This document shows, one piece after another, positions 34,204 to 47,690 of a stretch of DNA of 64,000 bases; the first letter of the stretch is position 1, and each line of letters starts with the position of its first letter. This DNA is from Monocercomonoides exilis PA203. Taxonomy: Eukaryota; Protista; Preaxostyla. The DNA lies in assembly GCA_001643675.2 (NCBI GenBank), contig LSRY02000009.1:310001-374000 (forward strand), read 5' to 3'. The notes beneath the pieces were generated by a model. It made no database searches and was not told the DNA's origin. It saw only the letters and a list, made by a program, of their open reading frames with translations. The position numbers were made by a program, and so were the translations under genes.

Positions 34204-36216
34204 ATGAATTCACGAAAAGGTGCACTTTTTGTATTTTGAATTTCTTGATTTTATTGCTCTTTTGTTTTTTCGCTTTTCTATATTAAAGTTTACGGAATTG
34301 ACTTCGGTAACGAAAAAACTTTGTTATTTGCTCCGTTATCAACATATTTTGGAACTGAAAATCTCCCGACTTCAATACGCGATTTTATTTCGTGTTCTTT
34401 AAATACTGAGGATACTCGCTACATTCCTTCAAGGATTCTTCTTGATAATCAAGAAAGAATTATTGGATTAGATTCTCAACGAAACAATGCAGTTACAAAT
34501 TTCAAGCAACTACTTGGAGTTCTGAAAGACGACAAAAAAAATCTTGAATGCTTTGATCTCAAGAAGATATATCAATTAGAACCAACAGTAAAAGTACCTT
34601 ATGGCCGTGACGGTGAATTCCTCAAGTTTACTGCTGAACAGATTGCAGGTTTGTCATGATTGATGTTATCCTTTCGTTAATACACAATGCTTTTACTTAA
34701 GGAATGTTTTTTCGAAAGGTTATACAAAGCAGCAATCATCCCGGAGACATTCCAACTGCTTTGACTACAATTCCAAAGTTTGAACTTATAAAAAATGTCA
34801 AAAATTTAAGCACATTTTCTAATCTAGATTTCAAGGCTTATTACATCCTCTTGAACGAGTATCCGCTGTTCTTGCAGTTCCAACTTTTTTTGCACAATCA
34901 CAACGAAATTCAATGCTGACAGCCACGTCAATTGCCGGAATTGACGTTCTTCGTCTCTTGAATGATACGACAGCTTGTTTGAGCATTTAATTTTTATGCT
35001 ATATGCAATTAATTGATCTTGACTATTATTCTTTCGATATTATTTTATTTTATTTTATTTTATTTTAAATAAACGTTCAAATCAATAATTCATAAATTGC
35101 GTTTTTCTATTTTGAACTCTTAATAACTTTTCCCCTTTCCCCTTTTCCCTTTTCCCTTTTTCCTTTTCCCTTTTTCCTTTTTTCTATGTTTTATGCTCTT
35201 CGTTCTTTGCTAATTGCTATTTGTGTCTTTTCCAAGCTGCTGTGTGCTACACTGTGACGCGCCTACCCCTAACAGCGGGGCTTCGGAGTCCGTATTACTT
35301 CTCCATCGTCGACTTCGGCTCCATCGGCCTGCAAATCTCTCTCTTCCGCCTTCTCCGCCTGACACACTCAGCCTCGCTGACATGCATCGCACACTCGTTT
35401 TCGCTGGAGCTGTCGGGAAATGCCATCGACAGCCTCGTTTTTGAGCATTTTCTGCCGCAGGCGACGGCGCTGCTGGAGAAGTACTGGGCAGAGACAGAGG
35501 GAAGTAGCAGTGGAAGTGGCAGTTGCAATGAGGAAGGAGAGGAGAAAGAGAAAGAGAAAGAACAAGCGAAGAAAGAGAAGCACGAGAGGGAAACGAGCCG
35601 GATGCACGAGCGGCTGCGGAAGGCGGCGAAGAGTCTGAAGATAACTCTGTCATCAGCGCCAGTAGCTAGCCAGAAAGCAGAGCTTGTGCCAGGCGAAGTG
35701 GATTTCACGCTGCAGATGACGAGGGAGGAGTTTGAGAAGATGATCAGTCCGCTGGTGGAGAAGGCAGTGAGGGACACAGTCGAGGATGCGGTGCAGATGG
35801 CGTTGGAGAGTGTTGCAGAGAAGGAGGAAGGAAGGGAGAAGGAGAAGGAGAAAGAGAAAGAGAATAAAGAAGAAGAGAAGGGAAAAGAAGAAGGAAAAGA
35901 AGAAGGAAATAACAGCAAAGTGAGTCTGTTTGATAAGCTGCCATTGGAATCTGTGCAGACTGTGGGTGGATCATCACGTATTCCTCTTTTTCAGACTGTG
36001 CTCGAAAGAGCATTCAACGACGGTGTGGTTGAGATGGAAAAATTATCAAAAATTTTATTGTGAAGCTGTTGATTCAATTACAAATAATTGCATTTTTTTT
36101 TCAAAGTTTTATTCGCTTTTTTTGTAAATTTTCTGTTCTTATTTAATTTGAATTTTATATAATTTTGTCTTTTTATGTATTAACATATTTTCTTTCTCTT
36201 TCTCTTTCTCTTTCTT

Positions 36217-36287
<71 letters not shown>

Positions 36288-39200
36288 CAGTTCTCCACCC
36301 ACCATCTCCTCTATCTGCCTCGCACAATCTGAACTCTGATGAGTCTGTTGCATGGGGCTGTGCATGGATGGCCAGCCAAATCATCTGCGAAAGAGCTGAG
36401 AAGCACAGCCAGAAGACAAAAGAACCAGCACCATTGAAGCAGAATGGAATAAGAGTGTGTTAAATAGTAACATGCTATTTTGTGTTTTCTTCTTCGTCGT
36501 CTTCTTCTTCTTTTTGAATGGTTTTTTCTTTTATTGTTTCCATTTGTTATTCATTGAATGTACAAATAAATAGATCGTTCTTTCTTATTTTTCTAATTTT
36601 TCTTTTGATTTCATTTTGTTATTTATTTTTTTATTTTCAGATCCAACTGACTGAGCTTCTTCCCCGAGATATCTATTTGTATCAGACCGAAGAGATAGGC
36701 CAGCAAACACACAGAACACCCTCCATCTTCACTTCTGCCTGTGCCGATGCTATTTCTTCTTCTTCTTCTTCTTCTTCTTCTTCTTCCTCCTCCTCCTCCT
36801 CTTCTTCTTCTTCCTCTTTCTGCTCTTCTCCGTGTGTCGTTGGCTTCAAACGAGGCAGTCCTATTCCATCTCATCACACAGCTCGATTCAGCAGAAGAGA
36901 AAGAGCAGAAAAGGAGTTGAGTGAAAAATTGAACTGTGGAACACACAAAGAAGAAGAAGAAGAAGGAGAAGAAGAGGAAAAAGATAAGTCAATTGAGAAA
37001 GAGACAGAAAGAAAAGAGGGAGAAGAAGAAAATGCAAGTTCATCTTCGAGTGCCAGTTCCAGTTCAGACGATGATTTGGAGGTGATTCAGCTGCCTTCAG
37101 CAAAGAAAGTGCCTCTTCACATCTCCATCCACGCACACTACGAATGCCCTCACTTCGAAGAGGAGAAGAAAATATTGTCTTCTTCTTCTTCTTCTTCTTC
37201 GCAGTCCCTTCACCAAGTAGCCCTTCCTTCCCCTTCGATGTCTCCATTCTCTTCCTTTAGAACGCCTCAGCTGGTCAAATCTGTTTCAATGGAAAGCACA
37301 ACATGCACAGACATGGCTGGAGTTGTCGTTGACGTCGATGAAAATGGCATCTTCTCCTTCCAATCTCCATTTGTGCTGGAAAACATTGGATCTGTCAAAA
37401 CAGAGGAGGAAAGGGGGAATGCAAAGAAAGAAGCGTCTTCTTCATCTTCATCATCATCATCTTCTTCTTCTTCTTCGAAGGAGAACAACGAAGATTCCGT
37501 TGTGGATGACAGGTCGTCCATCAGAAGATCCCTGCCGATGACAATTGCCTTCACCACAAAGCCAACGCGTGTGAATTTGGAGTGGCTGAAAGACGAGGAA
37601 AAACGAATGTCCAAACAAGATGAGCAAACAAAGGAGAACGAAAGATGGCGGAATGAGCTGGAGACCTACTGCTATTCAGAGATGAATGAGTGCGACGCGA
37701 TGCGGATGGAAGGGGTGATGAGTGCGAGAGACGAGGAGGAGTGGAAGGAGAAGCTCAACCAGACACTCGAGTGGATTAGCAACCCTGCTGCCATCTCCAC
37801 GTCGGCTTATCCCTTTTCGGCTTATCTTTCACCTTCTCCTGCTCCTTCTCCTTCCCCTTCTCTTTCTCCTAATCAGTCATCATCATCTGCTTCTTCTTCC
37901 TCTTCCTCTGATTCTCAATCTTCTTCTTCTTCTTCTTCTTCTTCTTCTTCTTCTTCTTCTTCTCCCTCTCATCTAATCCGCCAGCCCGCTGTGTTGTACC
38001 AGCAACGTATGAAAGAGCTTGGAGATTGGATTCAACCAGTCAAAGACCGACGCAAAGAAAGGGCAGACCTGCTGCACGAATGCTCCGCGTTGGAAGAGGC
38101 AGCCGAAAGTGCGAGGAAGATGAAGAACAGAGTGAGGGTGCTCTTTGAGAAGGAGCAGCCACAGGCTGTCGAAGCGTTTTTGAGTCAGATTGCGAAGGCA
38201 GAGGAGATGTTGAACAGAGTGAAAGGGATGCTGGAGTCTATAAACAGAAGCACAGGGAGCGAATTGGCAGCAGGTGGAGGAGGAAAGAACGAGGGGGATT
38301 CTTATGCTTCTTCTTCTTCTTCTTCTTCTTCTTCTTCTATTGATTCACCATTATCTTCCTCCTCTTCCTCTTCCTCTTCTCCTCTGCACCATTCTGATGC
38401 CACACTCATTGCTGGCGAAGACTCATCCGATATCTCTTTGACGTCTGCTGTGTCTTTCCTTCCAATTTCAGCAGCAGAAGTGAATGAGATGGCGACTGCA
38501 GTGAGGAAGACTGTGCGGGTGATGGGGGAAAAGATCAAAGAGAAAGAGGCAGAGCGGAAAGAGAAAGAAGAGAAGGAAGAGAAGGAGAGGCAGCTGAGGC
38601 TGAAGCAGAAGCAGAAGGAGGAAGAGGAAGAGCAGGAGCGGCTGAGGAGGCAGAGGCTGAGGGAAAAACAGCAGCAGAGCAGACGACGTTGGGTGTGTGC
38701 CATTTTGTGAGGGAATGAGAAAGAAAAAGAGAAAAAGAGAAAATGAAAGAGAAAATGATAGAGAAAAAGAGAATGAGAGAAAGAGAGAAAGAGAGAGAAA
38801 AAGATAAAATGAATCAGAAAATGATGATGTGAGTGAGTGAGTGAGTGAGTGAGGAAGGCAGAGGTGGGTGGCCATTCACTTCTGCAAGTGAGGGGGAGGA
38901 GTGGTTTTGAAGGTGTATTTCTCTTTGTCTTTCCTTCTTTTTGTTTGGCATGGTTTTTATTTTTATTTGATTTGAACGATTTGTGAAAATTAATGAATTT
39001 TGCTCATTTTTTTCATATTTTCTATTTCAAATTCATTCAACTTTTGAATTTTTTATTTTTTTATTTTTTTATTTTTTTATTTTTTCTTGTAAATTGTATC
39101 AAATCAATTCACTTATCTTCCTCGTCTTTTTTCAGGGGCCCTACGGCTATGAAGGTGACTACGACGATGACGAAGAATACAACAACAACGAAGCAGCAGA

Positions 39201-40163
39201 AGACAATGATGATGATGATGATGATGATGAAGAAGAGGAAGACGAAGACAACCAGCGTTATGATATCTTTGGAAGACCAATTGGAGGGTGGGGAATGAAT
39301 CCGTTTGGCTTCGGAGGAAGTTATGGAAGGCAGCCAAGGAAAAAGAAGCAGATGAAGAAAAGAGGAAGCGATTTGGAAGAGGCGAGGAGGAAGGAGATGG
39401 AGAAAGAGAGGGAGGCGGAGAGGAGGAAGGAGGAAGAGGCAGAGAGAGAAAGAGAGAAGGAAAGACAGAGGCAGAGGGAGTTGGAGCAGGAGAGAGAAAG
39501 AGAAAGAGAAAGAGAGATGCAAAGGAGAAGAGAAGAGGCCGAGAAAGCAGCGAGGCAGCAGGCATTGTATGAACAACAACAGCAGCAACAGCAAGAGGCA
39601 GTCTTGACACCGCATGTGGAAGTGGAATATGACGATGACTCGATTGTGTACTATGTGGAGCTGCCGGGTGTGAACAAGGAGGATGTGCAGCTGTCGACAA
39701 CAGACGACTCGCTGCTGGTGGAGGCCGTCAGAAAGAGGAGGAGACAGACTGCGTCTATTCTGTCATTCGATGGTGGATTCAATACAACGGTGTGTTTAAT
39801 ATTGTGTTATGTGTTAAATATTGTGATGATGATGATGATGATGAATATTGTGTTAGACGTTGTGGAATTTATATTTGAGTGGGAATTTTTATTTATCTAT
39901 ATTTCCCTGTGACATTTGATTATTTCTTTATTTTCTTTGTTATCATCGTTAATAATTCTCTTTTATTGTTTCGCTGACTATGTATTATTGTTATTTTATT
40001 TTTGATATTTTAGGTTCCTGCTGCAATTTATCGCAGAAACATCCAAATTCCACGTGATGCTGATGTTTCTGGTGTATCTGCCGAATTCACCAATGGCACA
40101 CTTAAAATTACAATCCCCCGTATTGTGGTTGCTCCTTCTTCTCGAAGGATTAGCATTTGGTAA
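34204..40163 (+). CDS. Divergent Hsp110/Hsp70-family chaperone, apparently fused to a C-terminal Hsp20/alpha-crystallin domain (9 exons)
   Basis: Exons 34204-34219, 34289-34648, 34702-34777, 34828-34976, 35237-36022, 36291-36454, 36641-38692, 39136-39789, 40014-40163, all GT-AG and phase-compatible. Hsp70/110 motifs: VYGIDFGN, LAVPTFF..QR....IAGIDVLRLLNDTTA, VDFG, TREEFEKM, VGGSSRIP, NSDESVAWGCA, RNELETYCY. Hsp20 motifs: VELPGVNKEDVQL, YRRNIQIP, AEFTNGTLKITIPR, RRISI. Both domain calls are solid; their joining is inferred. Confidence 0.8.
36190..36284. repeat. (TC)n / pyrimidine microsatellite in intron, abutting the 3' splice site
   Basis: Seen directly, just before the cattcag acceptor at 36290. 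Confidence 0.9.
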
Positions 40164-40485
40164 TCGATTGTTTTCATTGATATGAACCGTAGGTTTTTAA
40201 AAAAGTTTCCTTTTCAAAAGCCAACCATTCGCTGTTCATTTTGATTAAATATTCATCGCCTACCTTTTTAGTTGTATTTTGATTTTCTTAAAATATCATT
40301 TTCCTGTTTTCTTGTATTTTTCTAGGAATTCCCCAAAATAAAATATATATGTTTTTTTCCCGCAGAAAATAAATTAAAAAATCTCAAACACAAATAAATT
40401 AAACAGAATACGCAAAAGCAAAATAATACATAAAAAAAAATGAATGCCAAAAAAACTAATGGAAAGAATGAGAAGAAAAATTGCA

Positions 40486-41160
40486 TTAAATTGCTTTTGG
40501 CAGAGGAATTGTTGGAACAGAAGGCTGAGTTGGTATCATGTGCTGAGCCGGAACTGGGTTTGCGGGATAACCCTGAGCAGGAAGAGCATAAACAGGTTGC
40601 GCAGTTGGAGGTTGGATATATGTTGGCTGTCCGAACACCATCTGTCCCTGTGCAGGTGGAATGAAGCCTGGTTGAACGAACTGCGGCTGGACGGGATATG
40701 CAACAATTTGTGGCTCGGTTGTTGACAAAAATTGAGCTTTTTGTCTAACTGCATCAATGATTTCTATGTTAAGTTGTTCGACCATATCGTTCAGAAGGCA
40801 GCAATCGATGCAAGTTCCTATTCCACAAAGGCCACCAGTCAAGCAGTAAATTATGCCCATTGTAACATCTCCGAGATAAACACGCTGCATTCCATGAAAC
40901 CCGCAAAAGCATCCCAACCAAGCTAACCAAGCAGTATAAGACGAAAATTGTCCATCGCCCCAAGCAGGAATTCCTAATCTTAAAGTAGATTTAAGTTGTG
41001 GTGACCTTTACAAGAATTGCATAAAAAAACATTAATCTTCAATTATTGTCATAAAGCTAAAGAAACAAAACCATTGAATCCCTTCATAAGTTCTTGGGTC
41101 GTACATTGAGATTTGTTGTGGCTGAGTTACAGCGACTTGTGGAACTGCTGTTGTTTGCAT
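40486..41160 (-). CDS. TM2-domain membrane protein with Pro/Gln-rich tail
   Basis: Exons 41160-41072 and 41005-40486 (intron 41006..41071). AWLAWLGCFCGFHGMQRVYLGDVTMGIIYCLTGGLCGIGTCID matches the TM2 pattern (G.HRFYLG...G..Y..T.G..GIG...D). Confidence 0.85.
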
Positions 41161-41303
41161 AAAGAAAGAACAATAAAAGACGGAGTAATGTATATGAATG
41201 GTAAAATTGATCGATGATTATTTTGTTATTTTCTTTGATCAATAAGATCTGATACATTAAGTAATCGATAATTTGGAAGAATTTTGATTGATTATTGGTG
41301 TAA

Positions 41304-44300
41304 ATGGATTTGCGTGTTGCTCTTTACGCAAAAAAAATCTCATTTCCACCTCGCCAAGCGTCAACAATATCCCAGCCATTCGTTTCAATCGATAATTCAG
41401 GGAAAAATATATTAATTGTTGATTTATCAAAGCGACAAGTTTACACATATTCAACAGAAACAAATGAATATCATCAACTTTTCCCAGAGCCAGAGCTTAT
41501 TTTTGAAGATGAGGAGATTGTATATGTGCAATATTTGACATTTCAAACTGTATATTCTCCAATGTCAATCATTGAAAAGCAACCTTCAAAAGCAAAACTG
41601 GCAAAAAGCAAAGAAGTTTTATATGACTATGCATCAATGTGCAAACCTTATTTTTTTGATTGTGCGCTTGTTGCAGTTTCTAATGGAGATCTTTTATTTA
41701 TTCATCTTCCAACTCGTCGAATAATTCTTAAAACTGTTTTTTATCCAGCTCCTCTGCTGCACATCAATGTTTCTGCACCAAATGTTTCTCCTGCAACATT
41801 AACATTTATCTACTCTGGGGAAATTGCATGCGCGGTGTCAATTACTTCACTTGCAAAAGCTCTAACAACTGAAATTATGGCAAAACAAACGCTTTATCAA
41901 TTCAATAGAGATACCTCCCTTGATTCGCATCCAAGGAAGTGGGATAAAAAATGCCCTGGCTATTCTGAAAAAATTCCTATTTCATTACCAGTTACTACTG
42001 CTCCAATAAAACATGCAGTTTGGAGCTTTACCTCAATATCAACTTTGAATGATTGTGTAAGTATTGGAGGAGTATGTCACAGCACGACAAAAGGGAAGAA
42101 GAAGGAAGAAAGCGGATACTTTGTCAGATATTCAAATGCCTTTGGCGCATTAATTTTTGGTGATGAAAAAGATGAGGCCTCTCTAATGCCAGGCGCACAG
42201 CAATCATCATCATCAACAACATCATCTTTAGTATCAGCAGACTCATCCTCTCAATCCGCAAAGCAGCCACAGGTGACATATCCTGTTGTGCTGCGTCTGC
42301 TAGCGCTTGGGTCAACCCCCTTCATCTCTCAATACACTGCCCCAACACAACCTCCTCCCCCTTCTGCCATCGCTGCTGTCGCCAGCGCCATTTCGTCTGT
42401 TGTCAAAAGCACATTTCGAATGGGCAGGTTTTTGTTTGGAGGAGGAGGAGGTGGTGGAGGAGGAAGCAATGATTCTAACAGCAGCAAAGGATCCAAAAGC
42501 CCTTCTGCCTCTTCTCCTGCACAACCAGGAAAGAATGACTCAAACACAAACGCCTCTTCCTCAGCTTCTGGTTCAACTGGTGCATCTGGTGCATCTTCCG
42601 CCCCTCAGCTTCGCAGTCCCTTTACCCTCCACTACTCACACCTCGCTCTGCGAGACAAGCTTCGTGTCGGGAAGCGAGTGGCAGCAGCGCCTTCGTCTTC
42701 TTCCTCGTCAGCGTCTTCCTTTGTGGCAGTGAGTGACTCATTGGGCAGAGTGATGGTGGTGGAGGCAGACAGCGGGGTGTGTGTGCACATCTTCAAGGGA
42801 GTGAGGAATGCACAGGTGGCGTGGCTGAGGGAGTGGATCGACTTTGGAGAAGGAGAGAAGAAGAAGAAGAAGAGGGGGAAGGAAGTGAAGGTGGAAGAAA
42901 ATGGAAAGAAAGAGAATGATGAGAAAGAGAAAGAGAAGGAGAAGGAGGCAGAAGAAGTGAATGAAATGCAGACAACAGCGTGGATGAGAAACAGAGAGCT
43001 GTTTGAGAGAAGAAGACTGCAGCTGCTGCGGCAGAGAAGAGGCATCTCATCAAAACCACACAAACACCACAAAAACAGACAGAAAAGAGAAGAAATTCAT
43101 TCAATGCAGAATGACAAGGAAATGTTAAATGAAAAGGATTCCAATGAACAGACAAGTTCTTCTTTGAATGCGTTGTCGTCTTCGGATGAAGGGAAAACTG
43201 CATCTTCAACACAGACATATGTCAATCCATCGCTCATTCAGAAATCTCAATCTCTTTTATCACCAGATACAATTTCTTCTTCGTCAAAATCTTCTTCTTC
43301 TTCTTCCTCTTCTTCTTCTCCTTCCTTCTCCTTCACCCCCTTCTCCACCTCTGCCACCTCTTCTACCTTCCATCCACCCCCCTTCCCATCCACACACAAC
43401 ATGCTTCCTCTCCTCTTCCTTGTCATCTACACACCCCACCGCAACCTCATCGAAGTCTTTCTTTTCCCTCACTTCTCCCGCATAGGCGCAATGGTCGTTC
43501 CAAATGGCATTCTCCTCTCCCCTCTCTCAAACAGCGGGGCTGCGGTGTCGTTTCAGACAGAGGAGGAAGAAAAGGAAGAAGAAGAGAAAGAGGAAGAAGA
43601 AAGGGAAGAGGAAGAGGAAAATGAGGAAGGGGAAGGGGAAGGAAGAGGAAGAGGAAGAGGAAGAGGAAGAGGAAGAGGAAAAGGAAGAGGAAGAGGAAAT
43701 GTATTTGATGAGAAAGAAAAGAGTCATGATAGTCAAGAAAGAGAAAGAGAAAAGGAGAATGAGAAAGAGAAAGATAAGAATAAAAAGAAAGAGAAAGCGA
43801 ATAATGTGAAAAGTGATAAGCTCAATCCATCAAAAGGAAGCATGCCACAAACAGAGCTTCTTTCTGCGAGGCGTCTTTCTCGTTCGCCCAGCCCTTCCTT
43901 CTCTTCTCTCTCTTCCATCTCATCCAGAAGTGCTTCTCTTTCTCCTCCTCCTCCTCCTTCATCTTCTTCCTCTTCCTCTTCTTCCACTAATTCTTCTTCT
44001 TCTTCTTCTCGTCCTCACTCAAACGCATTCACAGCCCTTGCCGTGACAGCTGCTGTCCCTCCTCCTCCTCTTCCTCTTTCTGCTTCTTTCTCTTCTCTTT
44101 CTTCTTTCTCATCTTCTTTCACAAACAACACATTCAATAGAAGCAACTTAAATAGCTCAAACACCTCTTCTTTCATTCTGAACCAATCGCGCAGTCTTCT
44201 TTCCTTCTCCTTTTTGTGTTCTCCTTCGCTTTCTCCTTCTCCCCTCGTCAGAACTCTTTCCAATGCCCCCCTCTTCTTCTCTGCTTCTGCCTCTGCCTCT

Positions 44301-44814
44301 GCTGCTTCTCCTGCCAAATACAATGGAAAGAAGAATACTGTTATTGATTCTAATTCTTCTTCTTCTTCTTCTTCTTCTCCATCTCCATCTCAAACACAAT
44401 TTGTTGCTCCTACACCTCTTTCTCCTTCTTTTTCATCATCATCATCTTCTTCTTCATTATCATTATCTTCTTCTTCTTCTTCTTCTCGTTTATCTCCTTC
44501 TCTTTCCACTTCACCCTCATTTCTTCCCACTCCCTCCCCCTCTTCGTCTCCAACCCCTCCTCCTCTCTTCTCTGCTCCTCTTCTTTGGTCATCATCATCA
44601 TCTTCTTCTTCTTCTTCCTCTTCCTCTTTCCACCCAAAATGCACCCTCGCCAATCTCTCTTCTGTTCTCCATGGCGATTCTTTCTCTCCTTCTCTCTCTT
44701 CTCCTTCCATCCCTTCCACACACCCCGTCCTCTTCCTCTCCAGCAACCGCTTAGTCCACCTGCACATTATCGCTCTCTCTAAACAGATGAGAGAGAAGAA
44801 GAAGAAAGCAACAG

Positions 44815-44845
<31 letters not shown>

Positions 44846-45443
44846 TTCTTCTTCTTCTTCAATGGCGATGGAGATGAATGCAAAGGGAGCTTATTCGCTG
44901 TTTGCTACACCTGCTGGAAGTTCTGTTGATCAGTCACATTCTTCTTCTTCTCCTTCTTCTCCTTCTTCTTCTCCTCTTCCATCCACAAACACAAATGCCC
45001 CATTCGAAGTGCATGGCGATTTAGAAGAGATTTTCTTACACAGAAACAGAGGAATGCCAACTTCTTTGTTTTTGCCTTCATTTTTGCCGGCAAATGGCCA
45101 TTTTAATAAAAATAATTGTGGTATTGATCATTTGAATCATAATCAGCCAATTGAGAGTAATTTTCCTTCACATCAGCTGTTTCACTCACACGCCACTCAG
45201 CCTTACTCTCCTCCTCTCTCTCATTCACCCTCAAATGCAATGGATGTCTTGTCTTCTTCTTCATCTTCATCTCTTTCTACATCTCCATCTTCTCTTTCTT
45301 CTCTTTCTCTTTCTTCTTCTCCTTCAGTAACTGTCTCATCTTCCCCCAAGCTGAGCACGATGACTGCCAATTCTCTCTTTGTTGCTGCTTTCAGCACAAG
45401 CAATCTGCTCTCAAAGATGTCGACTTATCCGTTCAAGCAATAA
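41304..45443 (+). CDS. RAB3GAP2: Rab3 GTPase-activating protein non-catalytic subunit (N-terminal domain)-like protein with large low-complexity insertions
   Basis: LRDKLRVGKRVAAAP...AVSDSLGRVMVVE....VHIFKGVRNAQVAW and LFLVIYTPHRNLIEVF...RIGA match the RAB3GAP2_N motifs (TDxLGRV, WKGYRDA, LVIYAPRRGxLEVW). Confidence 0.8.
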
Positions 45444-45975
45444 GAAAAAATTTTGAATGTTCTCTTTCTTTCTTTCTTTATTTCTTTCTTTGATTTCAGG
45501 TTTTTTCTAAAAATTTTCAGTTTTTTTGCTTTTATTTTTTATTTTTTTGATATACTTGAAAATGAACAAATCAAACATTCAAACAGAAAAAAGAATCAAC
45601 TGATGAAAGACAAAAAGAATGGAGGGGCAAAAAGAAATGCACATCATTAAAATCTTCTGTTTTCCAGCCATTCATTTGAAAAATATGTTCAATCTAATAA
45701 ATAAAGAAAATCTCACTGAAATTTCTTTGAGAAATTTTCTTTCAAAAGCGTAAATCAGAAAGGAGAATTGTTTCCAGTATATATTCCGATGAGTATCTGC
45801 ATTTATTATCTTGAAAAAGGTTATTCTTTTTTTTTTTTTTGAAGAATGCATTTTTCAAACTATCTTTCTGAACTCATTTTGATGAAGTGTGCTTTAAGTA
45901 TTGATTTTTATTTAAAAAAAAGATAAAGAACGATAATTTTGGAGTTACACAAATAGAAAATTTGAAAACAAAAGA

Positions 45976-45976
<1 letters not shown>

Positions 45977-46036
<60 letters not shown>
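45977..46036. repeat. Poly-A tract (~60 nt)
   Basis: Seen directly. Confidence 0.9.
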
Positions 46037-46039
<3 letters not shown>

Positions 46040-46185
46040 AAATAAAAATGAAAATAAAAATAAAAATAAAAAGACATAAAGACATAAAGACATAAAGACA
46101 AAAAGACAAAGACAAGCAAATAGATGAATTGATAAATGGATGAATGGAAAGAATTGATTTTTGCAGCAAAACAAGTGTCATTTTC

Positions 46186-47690
46186 TCAAACATTTATAAT
46201 AAAATCTGAAATATTCTTGGTTTGTCCAAAATAAGCGTATCTGTTGTGATAATAAAACATATCATATAAGCTGGTGATGGTATCTTCGTATCCTTCTTCC
46301 TCCAACTTATCAAACACTTTCCGTTTCAGCTCCTTTACTTTCTTTTTTCCATATGAAAAAACCATTTTTGTCAATCGCTCAAAAACATGAGAAAAATAAT
46401 TCAAGCTGCTCCACATTTGCGTTTCATCCATTGTTGGCTGCTGAATCTCCTCCAAAACTGCACAAGTCACACATACATTCGTAAAAGCATCAATTCGGAG
46501 TTCTTCATTTTCTGATGAATTTTCCAACAAACAAATATATCGTTTGCAAATATCTTTGTGATTTTCTCTTGATGCTCGAATTAGTCTTGAAATGCTGCCA
46601 AAAAGCCAATCACATTCTTTGCATCTCGGTCGGCAATATAAAATATAAGTTTGAATCGAAGATGTCCATCTCCAGATAATATTCACTTCTTTCACTTCTT
46701 TTTCTCTTTCTTCTTCTTTTTTCTTCTTCCAATCCACTTTTCTTGCCAGCTCTTCAAGTTCTCTTGCTGCCTCTCTTGCAAAATTCTGATCATTCACAAC
46801 TATATCTTCTAAACTTTCTTCACTTTCATAACTTTCATAACTTTCATAATCCATTTCATCCATAGCATTATCTTTTGAGCATATTTCACAGAAATATCTA
46901 TCTATTAAAAACCCCCATGCATCTTGATATGCAAGTCGTGTAAGGTTGTGATGTTCCTGATGATATTTGACAATCTCTTTGATTTCATTAAAATACAGTT
47001 CTTTTTCAATATGCTAATCAAAAAATTTTAGAAAAAATTACAACAACATCAAAAATTAAAAAAAAAGTGCTCATACAAGTTCTCCAATACTGTACAAAGA
47101 AAGCAAAGCCATTTCCACTTCTTTCTGGGTCTCCTCGTTTTCCTCTTTGTTCGTTGCAACTTTCAGAAGGCAAGGAACGATAATTGAAACCAATTCATCA
47201 GGAATTTTTTTACTATTCAGCAAAAGATAGCACTCGCAGATATCAACAAGAAGCTTTTCATCCTTTCCTTCCTTTTTCTCATTTTCATTTATAATTAACT
47301 CTTCAATTTTTTTGTTCAATGAAGATTTCTCAAAGCTTTGAATGAAAATTCTTTTCAGCGTGATGCAATATCCAGCATGTTTCAACAACACAATGGCATT
47401 TCCAAAATTCAATTTCTTTTCATCTGTCATTTTAAGAATTTTGTCGAACAGTTCTTCTGTTAAAATGGATTCAATTTCTATTTTTTTCATCTCTTCCATT
47501 TCTTCATTCATTTCACGAATTTTCTGTTTTTGTTCAACTTCAGTGCAATCTTCCAGTCCATTGAACAATTCTTTAAAATAATAAAGAAAGAAAGAGAGAA
47601 ATTACCAAAAATTTAAATACAACAATAAATTCAGACCTGTGAACTTTTTTGTGTTTTCTGTATCCTGCTTTTTTGTGATCACATTGCATT
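46186..47690 (-). CDS. Lineage-specific multicopy helical protein, copy A (3 exons; start uncertain, possibly pseudogenic)
   Basis: ORFs 47071..47568 and 46186..46863 (open upstream to ~47012) are separated by a short intron. Family motifs KKFTELFxxLE, CLLKVAxxKEENEETQKEVEMALL, YHQEHHNLTRLAYQ, EEEGYED are shared with copies B and C. An in-frame TAA sits near the expected start. Confidence 0.7.
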
